Shown piece after piece: positions 9,681 through 18,302 of a DNA stretch of 64,000 nucleotides. Source of the DNA: an uncultured Planctomycetales bacterium. GTDB taxonomy: Bacteria > Omnitrophota > Gorgyraeia > Zapsychrales > JANLHA01. The translations under genes were made by a program, and so were the position numbers. How positions within the stretch are numbered: position 1 is the stretch's first letter; each line of letters begins with the position of its first letter. The notes beneath the pieces were generated by a model. That model was not told the origin of the DNA and did no database searches. It saw nothing but the letters and a program-made list of their open reading frames with translations. The DNA is taken from positions 150,304 to 214,303 of the forward strand of contig CAZAXH010000004.1 in assembly GCA_964489065.1 (NCBI GenBank). Reading direction: 5' to 3'.

Positions 9681-10610
9681 TTAAGCCTGTTTCATGCGCT
9701 CGGATATTTTCTTGAGGACAAACGACACCGCTATTAAAATCATCCCGAAATTAACGCCCATGGCGCAAGCATAGCCGTACCGGTTCTGCCCGGTCATGGC
9801 CGCCAGTATCTTTGTGACAGGGACGGCGGTATAATCCCCCAGCCCCGAACTGCCCGCTAACGTCAAAATAAGGACAAAGGCCTGCATCGCCCCGAGGATC
9901 GTCAATATCATCACCACCACGATAACCGGAAGCATCATCGGAACCGTCACGTTCTTAAAAACACTGAACGAACCGGCGCCGTCCACCCGCGCCGCTTCAT
10001 AGAGCTGACGGTCGATCGTCTGCAATCCGGCCAGGAACATAATAAACCCCCAGCCAAATCCCTTCCAGGAATGGACCACGGCGATACAGGTTAAGACCGT
10101 CTTGGGATTGGACAGCCAATTGGTGATAAGGTTCGAAAATCCGATTTTGGCCAAGGCGCTGTTAAGCAGACCGATATGCTGGCCATCCTGCATACCGGAA
10201 TAAAGGATCCAGGACCAGATGAGCCCGACCACGACTTCGGAAAGCACCGGCGGAATAAAGAAGATAACCCGGTACACCCCTTTCATGAAGATTTCCTGGT
10301 CGCAGGCCAGGGCCAAAGCAAAGGCCAGGGCGTTCTGAAAAGTCAGGGCGATGAGGGTGATATACGCGGCGTTCCACATGGACTTCCACCAGCCACGATC
10401 CGCCATCAAGTCCTTAAAATTCTCAAATCCGATATAAGTTCTGGCCAGGCTGATACCGTCCCATTCCTGCAGGGACAGTTTAAATATTTCATAAAAAGGA
10501 ACAATATAAAACACGCAAAAGATAAGAACAGCAGGCAGGACAAATGAGAAACTTTCCAGTTGATCCCGGAGTTTCGGGAGCGAAAAACTGCTTTGTTGGT
10601 ACAAAGGCAT
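9681..10610 (-). CDS. carbohydrate ABC transporter permease (MalF-like)
   Basis: EAA motif EAARVDGAGSFSVFKNVTVPMMLP and multiple TM helices. Confidence 0.85.
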   Translation of the reverse strand: MPLYQQSSFSLPKLRDQLESFSFVLPAVLIFCVFYIVPFYEIFKLSLQEWDGISLARTYIGFENFKDLMADRGWWKSMWNAAYITLIALTFQNALAFALALACDQEIFMKGVYRVIFFIPPVLSEVVVGLIWSWILYSGMQDGQHIGLLNSALAKIGFSNLITNWLSNPKTVLTCIAVVHSWKGFGWGFIMFLAGLQTIDRQLYEAARVDGAGSFSVFKNVTVPMMLPVIVVVMILTILGAMQAFVLILTLAGSSGLGDYTAVPVTKILAAMTGQNRYGYACAMGVNFGMILIAVSFVLKKISERMKQA

Positions 10611-10637
10611 TATGATTGGTTTCGTTTTAAAAACTAT

Positions 10638-11948
10638 TTATTTGCGTTTTTGTTTCTTCGCCATCTCGCGTTCTTTTACGCTCTGCACTTCCTGGGCGAC
10701 CTGTTCCGGAGTTTTTTCTCCTATAATAATCGACTGGATCCCCTTGTCAAACGCTTCGATCACAAGGGGATCTTCATTCAGCGGCCAAATCGTCGGATGC
10801 GTGGTCGCGTCCATAGCCCGGGCGAACTCCGAAAGCACGTCGGGAATATCGGTCAGCGCATACCGGTTAGCCGGCAGATTCAGCGTTTCTTTTGATAGAT
10901 ACGACTGCTGTTCCTTGGCGGAAAGCCATTTCAGGAAAGCAATGGCCTTATCCTTCTTGTCGGAAGCATTGTTGACAACAAAAGAAGAGCCGGCCCCGCC
11001 CCAAATCCGCATGGGAAGATCATGATTATATTTAGGAGGAAGCATAACCCCATACTCCAGATCAGGGTTCATTTCGTTGTAGACATTCACGCACCAGGAC
11101 CCGTTAAACGCAAAGGCGGCCCGGCCCAGGGCGAAGTCCTGTTCCGCATACTTATTGGCCTTGGTCACAATCCCTTCCAGCAAAGCGCCTTTTTGCCGCA
11201 ATGTATCAAAAATCCGGAACACTTCAACCCACTCGGGGTCAGTATACGGCACTTTCCCCCGGAACGTGTTCATGACTTTGTCTTCCCCCATAATATTAAA
11301 CGCATAATTAGACGCAAAACAATCCGCCATCCACAGCTCTCCCCAGCCGGAAACCAGCCCGGAAACGCCCACCCGGTTCAAGGCCTCCGTGGCCGCTAGG
11401 AATTCCTCTAACGTCTGGGGAGGATTTGCCACGCCGGCCTTTTCCAGAAGTTTCTTGTTATAAAGCATCTGAATATTGGTCACATCGATAGGAACGCCGT
11501 AAATTCCAGGCTCAACATTATAGACATTGCCTTCTTCAAACCGGTTGGCGGACATGGCTTTGGGAAACATGCTTTTCTCCCACGCGCCGTCATCCTTCAT
11601 GAATTCCTCGGTCAATTTGGCGACAAATCCGCTTTCAATAAACGTCGCAAACACGGCCTTCTTATCCAGGATGCCGAAAACATCCGGCAAAATATGCGCC
11701 TGGGCAGCGGCAATAATTTTCTGGGAATACACGTCAGAAGGGGCATACAATTCAAAAACCACTTCCACCCCGGTCTCTTCTTTGTAGCGTTTGGCCAGCT
11801 CATTTAAAGCATCATGCCGGTCGGTCATCCAGTGCCACACCGTAATCATATTTTTATTCGGAGTAACCGCCGGACCGCAACTCTGACAACTTCCGATAAT
11901 CGCCGCCAAAACACAAAGACCGATCACTAACAGCAATTTCCCTTTCAT
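10638..11948 (-). CDS. extracellular solute-binding lipoprotein of a sugar ABC transporter
   Basis: Signal peptide plus lipobox (LAAIIGSCQSC). Family 1 SBP fold features. Confidence 0.8.
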   Translation of the reverse strand: MKGKLLLVIGLCVLAAIIGSCQSCGPAVTPNKNMITVWHWMTDRHDALNELAKRYKEETGVEVVFELYAPSDVYSQKIIAAAQAHILPDVFGILDKKAVFATFIESGFVAKLTEEFMKDDGAWEKSMFPKAMSANRFEEGNVYNVEPGIYGVPIDVTNIQMLYNKKLLEKAGVANPPQTLEEFLAATEALNRVGVSGLVSGWGELWMADCFASNYAFNIMGEDKVMNTFRGKVPYTDPEWVEVFRIFDTLRQKGALLEGIVTKANKYAEQDFALGRAAFAFNGSWCVNVYNEMNPDLEYGVMLPPKYNHDLPMRIWGGAGSSFVVNNASDKKDKAIAFLKWLSAKEQQSYLSKETLNLPANRYALTDIPDVLSEFARAMDATTHPTIWPLNEDPLVIEAFDKGIQSIIIGEKTPEQVAQEVQSVKEREMAKKQKRK

Positions 11949-12082
11949 CCCCGCTCCTTTAAATGAGGTCCCAATAAAAATAATAAATCAAAGTGTATGA
12001 AGATCCTTTAGGCGTGAGATTTAAATCATTGGGACAAATAAATTAAACACAATATATCTGAAATAAAAACAGATGACGGCGT

Positions 12083-12111
12083 ATTCTATCATGCATGTTT
12101 TATTTTGTCAA
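12083..12111 (-). promoter_or_regulatory. sigma70-type promoter for the ABC transporter operon
   Basis: On the minus strand: TTGACA, 17 nt, TAGAAT, about 135 nt upstream of the SBP start. Confidence 0.55.
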
Positions 12112-12150
12112 AAAGCCTTCCTTCCTTATATAATCACAGGGCACTCTGTT

Positions 12151-12290
12151 CTCAATTAACCGCAGCAAGCTGCAGGGTATGAACCCAACATCCTTCGGCT
12201 CGTTCGCTTGGGCTCACTCGCTGAAGGATCAGTTCGCATTTTTAGTTTACACTCCCTTTGGTCGTGTAAACTAAATGCTCATTGAATAAA
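12151..12290. repeat. ~140 bp intergenic repeat element, copy 1, with conserved hairpin GTTTACAC-N11-GTGTAAAC at 12245-12271
   Basis: About 80% identical to 56662-56802. Lies between the GH94 stop and the ABC operon promoter. Confidence 0.7.
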
Positions 12291-12313
12291 AAAGGCGCAT
12301 GCCCGCCCCGCCG

Positions 12314-14731
12314 CTATCCAAGAACCACCTTAACGCGATGAACCTGACCGTCTTTAACGGGCACAACAACATCCCCGTCTATAACTTGCCCGTCTACCGT
12401 TATCGTCTTCTCGCCTTTTTCTTTTCCAAGAGGGTTCAAAATTTCTATTTCGTAAATATCTCCCCTGAACGGGCGCCGGACAAAACATTTTTTCCATTGC
12501 GGAGGCAGACACGGGTCAATCTTGAGTCCCTGGAAATCCCGGCGGATCCCGCAAATCCATTCAGTCGCCAGCATAAAATTCCAACCAGCCGTTCCCGTAA
12601 TCCAGGTAAAAGCGCCTTCCCCATACCGGTAGGGGTTGCCGGGACCGACCAGATATTCCGCAAACACATAGGGTTCGGTTTTATAAAGCTCCATATTCTT
12701 CTGTTTATTGGGCATAATTTTACACACCGCCTCGTAAGCTTTCGCTCCGTACCCGGCCATGGCATAACCGACAGCCATGAACGTGGCCGCGTGGCAAAAC
12801 ACGGCCGCGTTTTCTTTGGTACCCTCTGAAAACATGCTGATCCGGCCCAGCCTTTTGACCCAGTCTGAAAAGGCGGGGGCAAAAAGCGCCAAACCGTGCG
12901 GGCCGTTCAAGTGCTTGTCCACGGCCTGTATAATTTTCTTAAGCCGTTCGCCCTCCGCGACGCCGGAAAGAATCGCCCAAGCCTGCGTGTTCAAGAAGAT
13001 CTTCCCTTCTTTATCCTGCTTGCTCCCGTAAACCTGGCCCTGGTCATCAAACCCGCGGGAATACCATTCCCCATCCCATCCGGCATTGTTAATGCGTTCG
13101 GTCATGGTTTTAGCCATTTGCAGGTATTCGGATTTTTTTTGTTCTTCATTCACCAGCTGACAGAGTTCAGCCAGCATCTTCAAGGAACGGACCAGCGCCT
13201 GGGCCAGCCACACGCTTTCCCCGCGGTGCTTAATGCCTGCGGCGTCAATCGCGTCATTCCAGTCGGCGTGCCCGATGCGGGGAAACCCTTTTTCGCCGAC
13301 ATCATTAAAACAAAAGCTCAAATTCTTTTCCAGGTGCTCCAGGAGCGTCCCTTCCCCGTCCGTCTGAGCGCCGCCCTGATAATTCGGATCGACCTCCCAA
13401 CCGTTGATCCACTTATCCTTCAAATAAGGAACATATTCAGAAAGGATATCCTTGTCCCCGGTTTCCTTAATATAAGCCGTGACCGTGGTCGTCAGCCAGA
13501 CCGGATGGTCTTTATTGGGGAGGAATTTATGCGGCCCCGCTGTTTCCGACCATCCGGGAGCGGAGGTGCCGTCCCGCCGGATCAGGGAGGCCAGTTTCAA
13601 TATCTTTTGACGGGTCAACGCCGGGTTAATGGACACGACCGCTTCGGAGTCCTGGGCGGAGTCCCGGTAGCCCCGGCCGCCGGACCCTTCGTGATAAAAA
13701 CTCGGGGAACGCGACCACAGGTTACAAATATAAAGCTGGTATTTGACCCATACATTAAATAAAGTATTAAAATCCTTATCCGGCGTTTCCACCACAATAT
13801 TGTCTGTAACGCGCTTGAGCCACAGCTCTTTTGTCTTTTCCAGTTCGGCTCTGGCCTGCTTCAGGTCGCGATACTTGGCGATAAGTTTCCCGATACCCGG
13901 GATGTCCGGCGTCTGCCCTAAAACAACAGAAAACTCCTTGGTTTCCCCGGGCTTAAGCGTCACCGTGTGTTTAAAAGCCCCGATGCCGTCTTCCCCCGAG
14001 CACACCGGGAAATTCTTGAAGCGGCCTTCCAGCACCGCGTCCGGCCTCTCTTCAGAATTATACCGCCCGAGAAACGCGTCTTTTTGCGTGCAACACCCTT
14101 TCACCGCCAGGGACGATGAGAAATAAATCAGGGAGTCAAACGGCTGGATATTCATCCCCTGCCATTGCGCTGTTTTCTTGGCGAAAACGGCCTTATGCCC
14201 TTTATCAAACCAAACCCGCGTGTACAGGTTCATGATGTTCCGGTAGCGGATCTCCTCATGATAATCCCCGATCAGGAATTCCACGTAGGGATACAGCTCC
14301 AGTTTCTTCTCCTTTTTGGTCTGATTGGAGATTCTGGCCAGCCAGACTTCACAGGAATCATGTTCCGGGACGAAATAGGTCACCTCCGAATGAACACCGT
14401 TGTTAACCGCGGCAATCGTCGTATACCCCAACCCGTGCCGGCACTCATATTTCTGAGGTTTAACCCGCAGGGGCTGATAAGTTAAGGACCAGGCCTTTGT
14501 CCCTTCCCGCATGAAAATGTATTTCCCCGGCCGGTCAAAGTGCCAGTTTTCCGGCGCCCAGCGGGTTATCCGGTTTGTCCGGCAGTCTTTATAAAAACTG
14601 TATCCTCCCGCGCACTGGGAAATGATGCTGCAATAAGTTTCATTCGTAAGATAATTAATCCATGGCCGCGGGGTTTCCGGCGTGCAAATTACATATTCCA
14701 ATCCCGATTTTGAAAAAGAACCGTACTTCAT
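12314..14731 (-). CDS. GH94 glycoside phosphorylase (cellobiose/cellodextrin/chitobiose phosphorylase family)
   Basis: N-terminus MKYGSFSKSGLEYVICTPETPRPWINYLTNETYCSIISQCAGGYSFYKD is the hallmark of GH94 phosphorylases. Length 805 aa. Confidence 0.85.
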   Translation of the reverse strand: MKYGSFSKSGLEYVICTPETPRPWINYLTNETYCSIISQCAGGYSFYKDCRTNRITRWAPENWHFDRPGKYIFMREGTKAWSLTYQPLRVKPQKYECRHGLGYTTIAAVNNGVHSEVTYFVPEHDSCEVWLARISNQTKKEKKLELYPYVEFLIGDYHEEIRYRNIMNLYTRVWFDKGHKAVFAKKTAQWQGMNIQPFDSLIYFSSSLAVKGCCTQKDAFLGRYNSEERPDAVLEGRFKNFPVCSGEDGIGAFKHTVTLKPGETKEFSVVLGQTPDIPGIGKLIAKYRDLKQARAELEKTKELWLKRVTDNIVVETPDKDFNTLFNVWVKYQLYICNLWSRSPSFYHEGSGGRGYRDSAQDSEAVVSINPALTRQKILKLASLIRRDGTSAPGWSETAGPHKFLPNKDHPVWLTTTVTAYIKETGDKDILSEYVPYLKDKWINGWEVDPNYQGGAQTDGEGTLLEHLEKNLSFCFNDVGEKGFPRIGHADWNDAIDAAGIKHRGESVWLAQALVRSLKMLAELCQLVNEEQKKSEYLQMAKTMTERINNAGWDGEWYSRGFDDQGQVYGSKQDKEGKIFLNTQAWAILSGVAEGERLKKIIQAVDKHLNGPHGLALFAPAFSDWVKRLGRISMFSEGTKENAAVFCHAATFMAVGYAMAGYGAKAYEAVCKIMPNKQKNMELYKTEPYVFAEYLVGPGNPYRYGEGAFTWITGTAGWNFMLATEWICGIRRDFQGLKIDPCLPPQWKKCFVRRPFRGDIYEIEILNPLGKEKGEKTITVDGQVIDGDVVVPVKDGQVHRVKVVLG

Positions 14732-14932
14732 AGCTATAAACCTTTCTTCCCGGTAAAATATTTTTTACTTTTAAAATCAAAAGAATAAGGGGGATGATAT
14801 CATAGAGAAAAAATGCGGTCAAGATTTTTCCGGCATTAATTAAAGCGGCTTAATAGACAACGCGGGAAAGGCGTGCCTGCAACGGGGCTATCGGGCAACC
14901 CCATCCCGCAGGAATAAAAAGGGCCCCCAGGG

Positions 14933-15493
14933 CTACTGTTCCGCGACTTTATCCTGAAAATATTTCACGGCTTCCACCAGGGTTTCTTCCAGAAGCTTCG
15001 GGGTTTCTTCAAGATGCTTCTTGCCGGTGGGGCTGGTGTAGAAATTGATCAAATCCTGGATTTCTTCAGACGTATAATATTTAGAATACAGGGGAATGAG
15101 CCTTTCGATAATTTCATCCGGTATTAATATCTTGCGCAGCTTCTCCTGCGTCTCCGCGGGAGCCTGTTCGATAATCTGATTAAAAATCTTCTGCATGTTG
15201 TTCCGGGCCAAATTGGCTTCCAGCAACTTCAGGATCAGCTCTTTTTTCTGAGCCGCCTCCTTCTGCTTTTCTTGTTTCTCCTGTGCCACCTCTACATCCC
15301 GGGTCACTTTCTCAATTTCCGAAAAATAATACGTCAGGATCTTTTTATCCACCAGCACCTTGACCGAATATTTGCTCTCCTCCAAAATCTTCCCGGAAAC
15401 CTCTTTCCCATTTTTAAAAAGGATCACATCCGCCCAGAGTAGCCCGGGGGATAAAAGCACCGCCAGCAGTCCCGCCCAAACACGATTCTTCAT
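14933..15493 (-). CDS. DUF2059-family periplasmic protein
   Basis: ATG at 15493 gives MKNRVWAGLLAVLLSPGLLWA, a signal peptide. C-terminal region matches DUF2059. The ORF-track start 15601 adds an implausible leader. Confidence 0.6.
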   Translation of the reverse strand: MKNRVWAGLLAVLLSPGLLWADVILFKNGKEVSGKILEESKYSVKVLVDKKILTYYFSEIEKVTRDVEVAQEKQEKQKEAAQKKELILKLLEANLARNNMQKIFNQIIEQAPAETQEKLRKILIPDEIIERLIPLYSKYYTSEEIQDLINFYTSPTGKKHLEETPKLLEETLVEAVKYFQDKVAEQ

Positions 15494-15627
15494 AACAAAC
15501 TCCTTTGCAAAAAATAAATGCCTTGTCCGTTCTTTCCAAGACGCAGGCGCCGGGCCGCAAGAACACGGAGCCGTCCCGAAACACATAGAAGTTGCAGCCA
15601 TGCTTTATCTATGTTAGGATAATGCCC

Positions 15628-16710
15628 ATGTTAACACAAATGAAGAAAAAAATCGACCAAAGTTTAGAAGCGTTTTTAAACAAGGCTTACAAAGATTACC
15701 GGCTCGATCAGATTGACCCCATTCTTTTTCAAAGCATCCGGGATTTTATCCTCCGGCCCGGTAAACGCATCCGCCCCCTGCTGCTCATCTGCAGCTATAA
15801 AGGCTACTGCCGCAAAAATATCAGGTTGAGCCCTTCCATTTATTACGTTTCCACCTGCATCGAGCTTCTTCATAACTTTATGCTAATACACGATGACATC
15901 ATCGACCGGTCCGAACTGCGCCGGGGGAAACCGACCATGCACAAGATGCTGGAGAAAGCCGTCAAGACCGGTGACCGCCGGCGATTGGGAACCGACTTAA
16001 GCATCGTTGCGGGGGACATTGTCTACGCCCTGGCCATCGACGCTTTCCTCTCCATCCATGAAGAGCGGAGCCGCAAAGAGCGAGCGCTTCAATATTTCAT
16101 TCAAACCGCCGTCTTCACGGCCATGGGGGAATTCATTGACACCTTGCACGGAGTGAAAACGGTGCCCCAGGTTTCCGAGGAAGAAGTCTTCCTCAATTAT
16201 TCGCTTAAAACAGCACGTTACACCTTTGACTGCCCGCTGGTCGTGGGGGCGATCCTGGCCGGCGCCGGCGAACAGGACACCCGGCTTCTGGCGGAACTGG
16301 GGCTGCAGATCGGGCAGGCGTTTCAGATTCAGGATGACATCATCGGCGTGTTTGGCACGCAAAAGACCATCGGAAAATCAGTCTTAAGCGACATCGCCGA
16401 ATCCAAAAAAACTTTATTGGTGTGCCGCGCGCACAGCCAGCTTAAAGGAAAAGATAAAACCCGGTTCATGGAAATATTCACCAAGCCAGAAATAACGCAT
16501 AAAGACCTGTTGGCCGTCCGAAAAATTTTCATAGAAACGGGAAGCCTGGCCTACAGCCTGGAACACATTCTGGCCCGGCTCCGGAAAGCAGAAGCCATAT
16601 TTCAACAACTGCAAATTAAAAAACAATACCGCCGTTATGTCGAACAACTCCTTTTACAATCCTTCCACCAAAGCCGGGCTGTCGCTGAACAAAACGGTCT
16701 CTCTTTCTAA
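15628..16710 (+). CDS. polyprenyl diphosphate synthase (GGPP/FPP synthase family)
   Basis: First Asp-rich motif LIHDDIIDRSELRRG and second motif FQIQDDIIG. AGGA sits 8 nt before the ATG at 15628. Confidence 0.8.
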   Translation: MLTQMKKKIDQSLEAFLNKAYKDYRLDQIDPILFQSIRDFILRPGKRIRPLLLICSYKGYCRKNIRLSPSIYYVSTCIELLHNFMLIHDDIIDRSELRRGKPTMHKMLEKAVKTGDRRRLGTDLSIVAGDIVYALAIDAFLSIHEERSRKERALQYFIQTAVFTAMGEFIDTLHGVKTVPQVSEEEVFLNYSLKTARYTFDCPLVVGAILAGAGEQDTRLLAELGLQIGQAFQIQDDIIGVFGTQKTIGKSVLSDIAESKKTLLVCRAHSQLKGKDKTRFMEIFTKPEITHKDLLAVRKIFIETGSLAYSLEHILARLRKAEAIFQQLQIKKQYRRYVEQLLLQSFHQSRAVAEQNGLSF

Positions 16711-16725
16711 AACACCTATCTTCTC

Positions 16726-17841
16726 TTATATAATATAAGGCATCAGCGCGTCCAGCACGAGACGCCCCCGGTCCGTCACCCTCCAGAACCGACCCCCCAC
16801 GCTGGACTCCTGATCCAACCACCCCTCCTGAATCAAAGACTCAACCCTCACCTCCAAGGATTCCGGCACCGTCACACGGTAGCGTTCTTCCAGTTGTCGC
16901 ACATCCACGCCCTGGTTCATCCTCAAGCCGAAAGCAATCGCTTCTCTGAATTGCTGTTCGGACGTTAACATTTCATATCCCTCTTCCGGATTCACTTCTT
17001 TTTCAACGGCCGTCATATAGGCCTTCATCTGGGAGGTATTCCAACTCCGCCGGCCGTGGCGGTGCGAATGCGCGCCCACACCAAGCCCGATGTAATCTCC
17101 CCCCAGCCAGTAATTCTTATTATGAAACGACTCCATCCCGGGTCGGCAAAAATTGCTGATCTCATACTGGCCATACCCGTTCCGAAGAAATCTCTGCCGG
17201 GCCTCCTCGTAAAATACGGCTTCGGTATCCCGGGGTAATGGCTGAACTCCCCGTGAAAAAAAACGGCTGTGCGGCTCCACGCTTAACGAATACAGCGACA
17301 CATGAGCGCAGCCCAGGTCAACCAGGTGTTTCACGTCGCTTTCAAGTTCTGCTAAAGTCTCCTCCGGGAAAGAATACATCAGGTCCACATTAATATTCTT
17401 TAAAGGCGCCGCTTTAAGCGCGGCCACGGCCCGGGCCGATTGCTCCGCCGTATGCGTGCGTCCCATCCACCGCAAATATTTTTCATGACATGTCTGCACG
17501 CCGAGACTCACGCGATTCACTCCCAAAGACAAAAAAAGTTCCGCCTTCGCGGGATCCACGGTTTCCGGATTCGCTTCCAGTGTTATTTCCAGCCCGGGAA
17601 CGAAAGAAAAAATTCCCACGAGCCCGTCAAAAAGTTTGCGCAGTTGAGCCTCCGTTAACAAGCTGGGCGTTCCTCCTCCGACGTAAAGGGAGCCGATGGT
17701 TTCCCCGCGATACCGCCGGGCCTCTCCCAAGACACAGTCCACGTAAGGGTCCGCGTGATGTTCCTTGGCAACGGCAACAACAAACGAACAGTAGAAACAT
17801 TTTCTCAAACAAAAAGGAATATGAATATATAATGACAGCAT
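16726..17841 (-). CDS. hemW: radical SAM heme chaperone HemW (HemN-like)
   Basis: YIHIPFCLRKCFYCSF CxxxCxxC radical-SAM motif in a HemN-family fold. 371 aa. Confidence 0.8.
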   Translation of the reverse strand: MLSLYIHIPFCLRKCFYCSFVVAVAKEHHADPYVDCVLGEARRYRGETIGSLYVGGGTPSLLTEAQLRKLFDGLVGIFSFVPGLEITLEANPETVDPAKAELFLSLGVNRVSLGVQTCHEKYLRWMGRTHTAEQSARAVAALKAAPLKNINVDLMYSFPEETLAELESDVKHLVDLGCAHVSLYSLSVEPHSRFFSRGVQPLPRDTEAVFYEEARQRFLRNGYGQYEISNFCRPGMESFHNKNYWLGGDYIGLGVGAHSHRHGRRSWNTSQMKAYMTAVEKEVNPEEGYEMLTSEQQFREAIAFGLRMNQGVDVRQLEERYRVTVPESLEVRVESLIQEGWLDQESSVGGRFWRVTDRGRLVLDALMPYII

Positions 17842-18017
17842 TTCTAAAAACGTTTGGGGGACAAAAATTTTTTATTTGACACCGCACTCATAAACCTGGC
17901 CACGCCAGCGCAATTCCCGTCGGGTAAAAAACAAAACAAAAAATAAAAATTCATTTTGATTTAAAAATATTTACAAAAAAATAAAAAGAATTTTTATTAA
18001 AAAATGTAAATTATTTT

Positions 18018-18045
18018 TTGCATCTTATTATGTGTGTGTTATTAT
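18018..18045 (+). promoter_or_regulatory. candidate extended -10 promoter in AT-rich island
   Basis: TTGCAT, 16 nt, TGT-TATTAT, about 45 nt upstream of the Lys-rich ORF. Confidence 0.4.
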
Positions 18046-18091
18046 TTAAGTAACATTATTTAAAATTTCTTTCACGAAAGGAGAAAGGAAC

Positions 18092-18187
18092 ATGCCAGTA
18101 AAAAAGAAAGCAGCCAAGAAAAAAACAACCAAAAAAGTCGCTAAGAAAAAAGTTGCAAAGAAAAAAACTGCTGCTAAAAGAAAATAA
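18092..18187 (+). CDS. 31-aa lysine/alanine-rich basic peptide (histone H1-tail-like), MPVKKKAAKKKTTKKVAKKKVAKKKTAAKRK
   Basis: Strong SD AGGAGAAAGGA 2 nt (a, c) before the ATG. Clean stop, followed by an intrinsic terminator. Not in the ORF track because it is under 60 aa. Confidence 0.65.
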   Translation: MPVKKKAAKKKTTKKVAKKKVAKKKTAAKRK

Positions 18188-18209
18188 TTTTTACCACACC
18201 CCTTGAAAA

Positions 18210-18240
18210 CCCCCTGAGTTCCTCAGGGGGTTTTCTTTTT
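18210..18240 (+). terminator. rho-independent terminator
   Basis: CCCCCTGAG-ttc-CTCAGGGGG (9 bp stem) followed by TTTTCTTTTT. Confidence 0.85.
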
Positions 18241-18302
18241 ATCTTAACGATTATGCAACTCTGCTTGATTGACCACAGTATCGTCATTATACTATAAGAA
18301 TC

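Noticed and set aside
12186-12270. Small ORF inside the hairpin repeat on the minus strand (MRTDPSASEPKRTSRRMLGSYPAACCG, with a copy-2 version MRIDPETREPKRRSRRIWV) preceded by AGGGAG.
   Set aside because: The two copies differ by non-conservative substitutions (SASE versus ETRE) and have different lengths and stops, whereas the nucleotide hairpin is conserved with covariation. A structured RNA or DNA element fits better than a peptide.
12245-12271. The hairpin half-sites GTTTACA / TGTAAAC are the same heptamers as the BirA box, so I considered whether the repeat elements are BirA operators.
   Set aside because: Orientation and spacing are wrong: the repeat is everted GTTTACA-N13-TGTAAAC, whereas a BirA box is TGTAAAC-N16-GTTTACA. 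Neither copy is near biotin genes.
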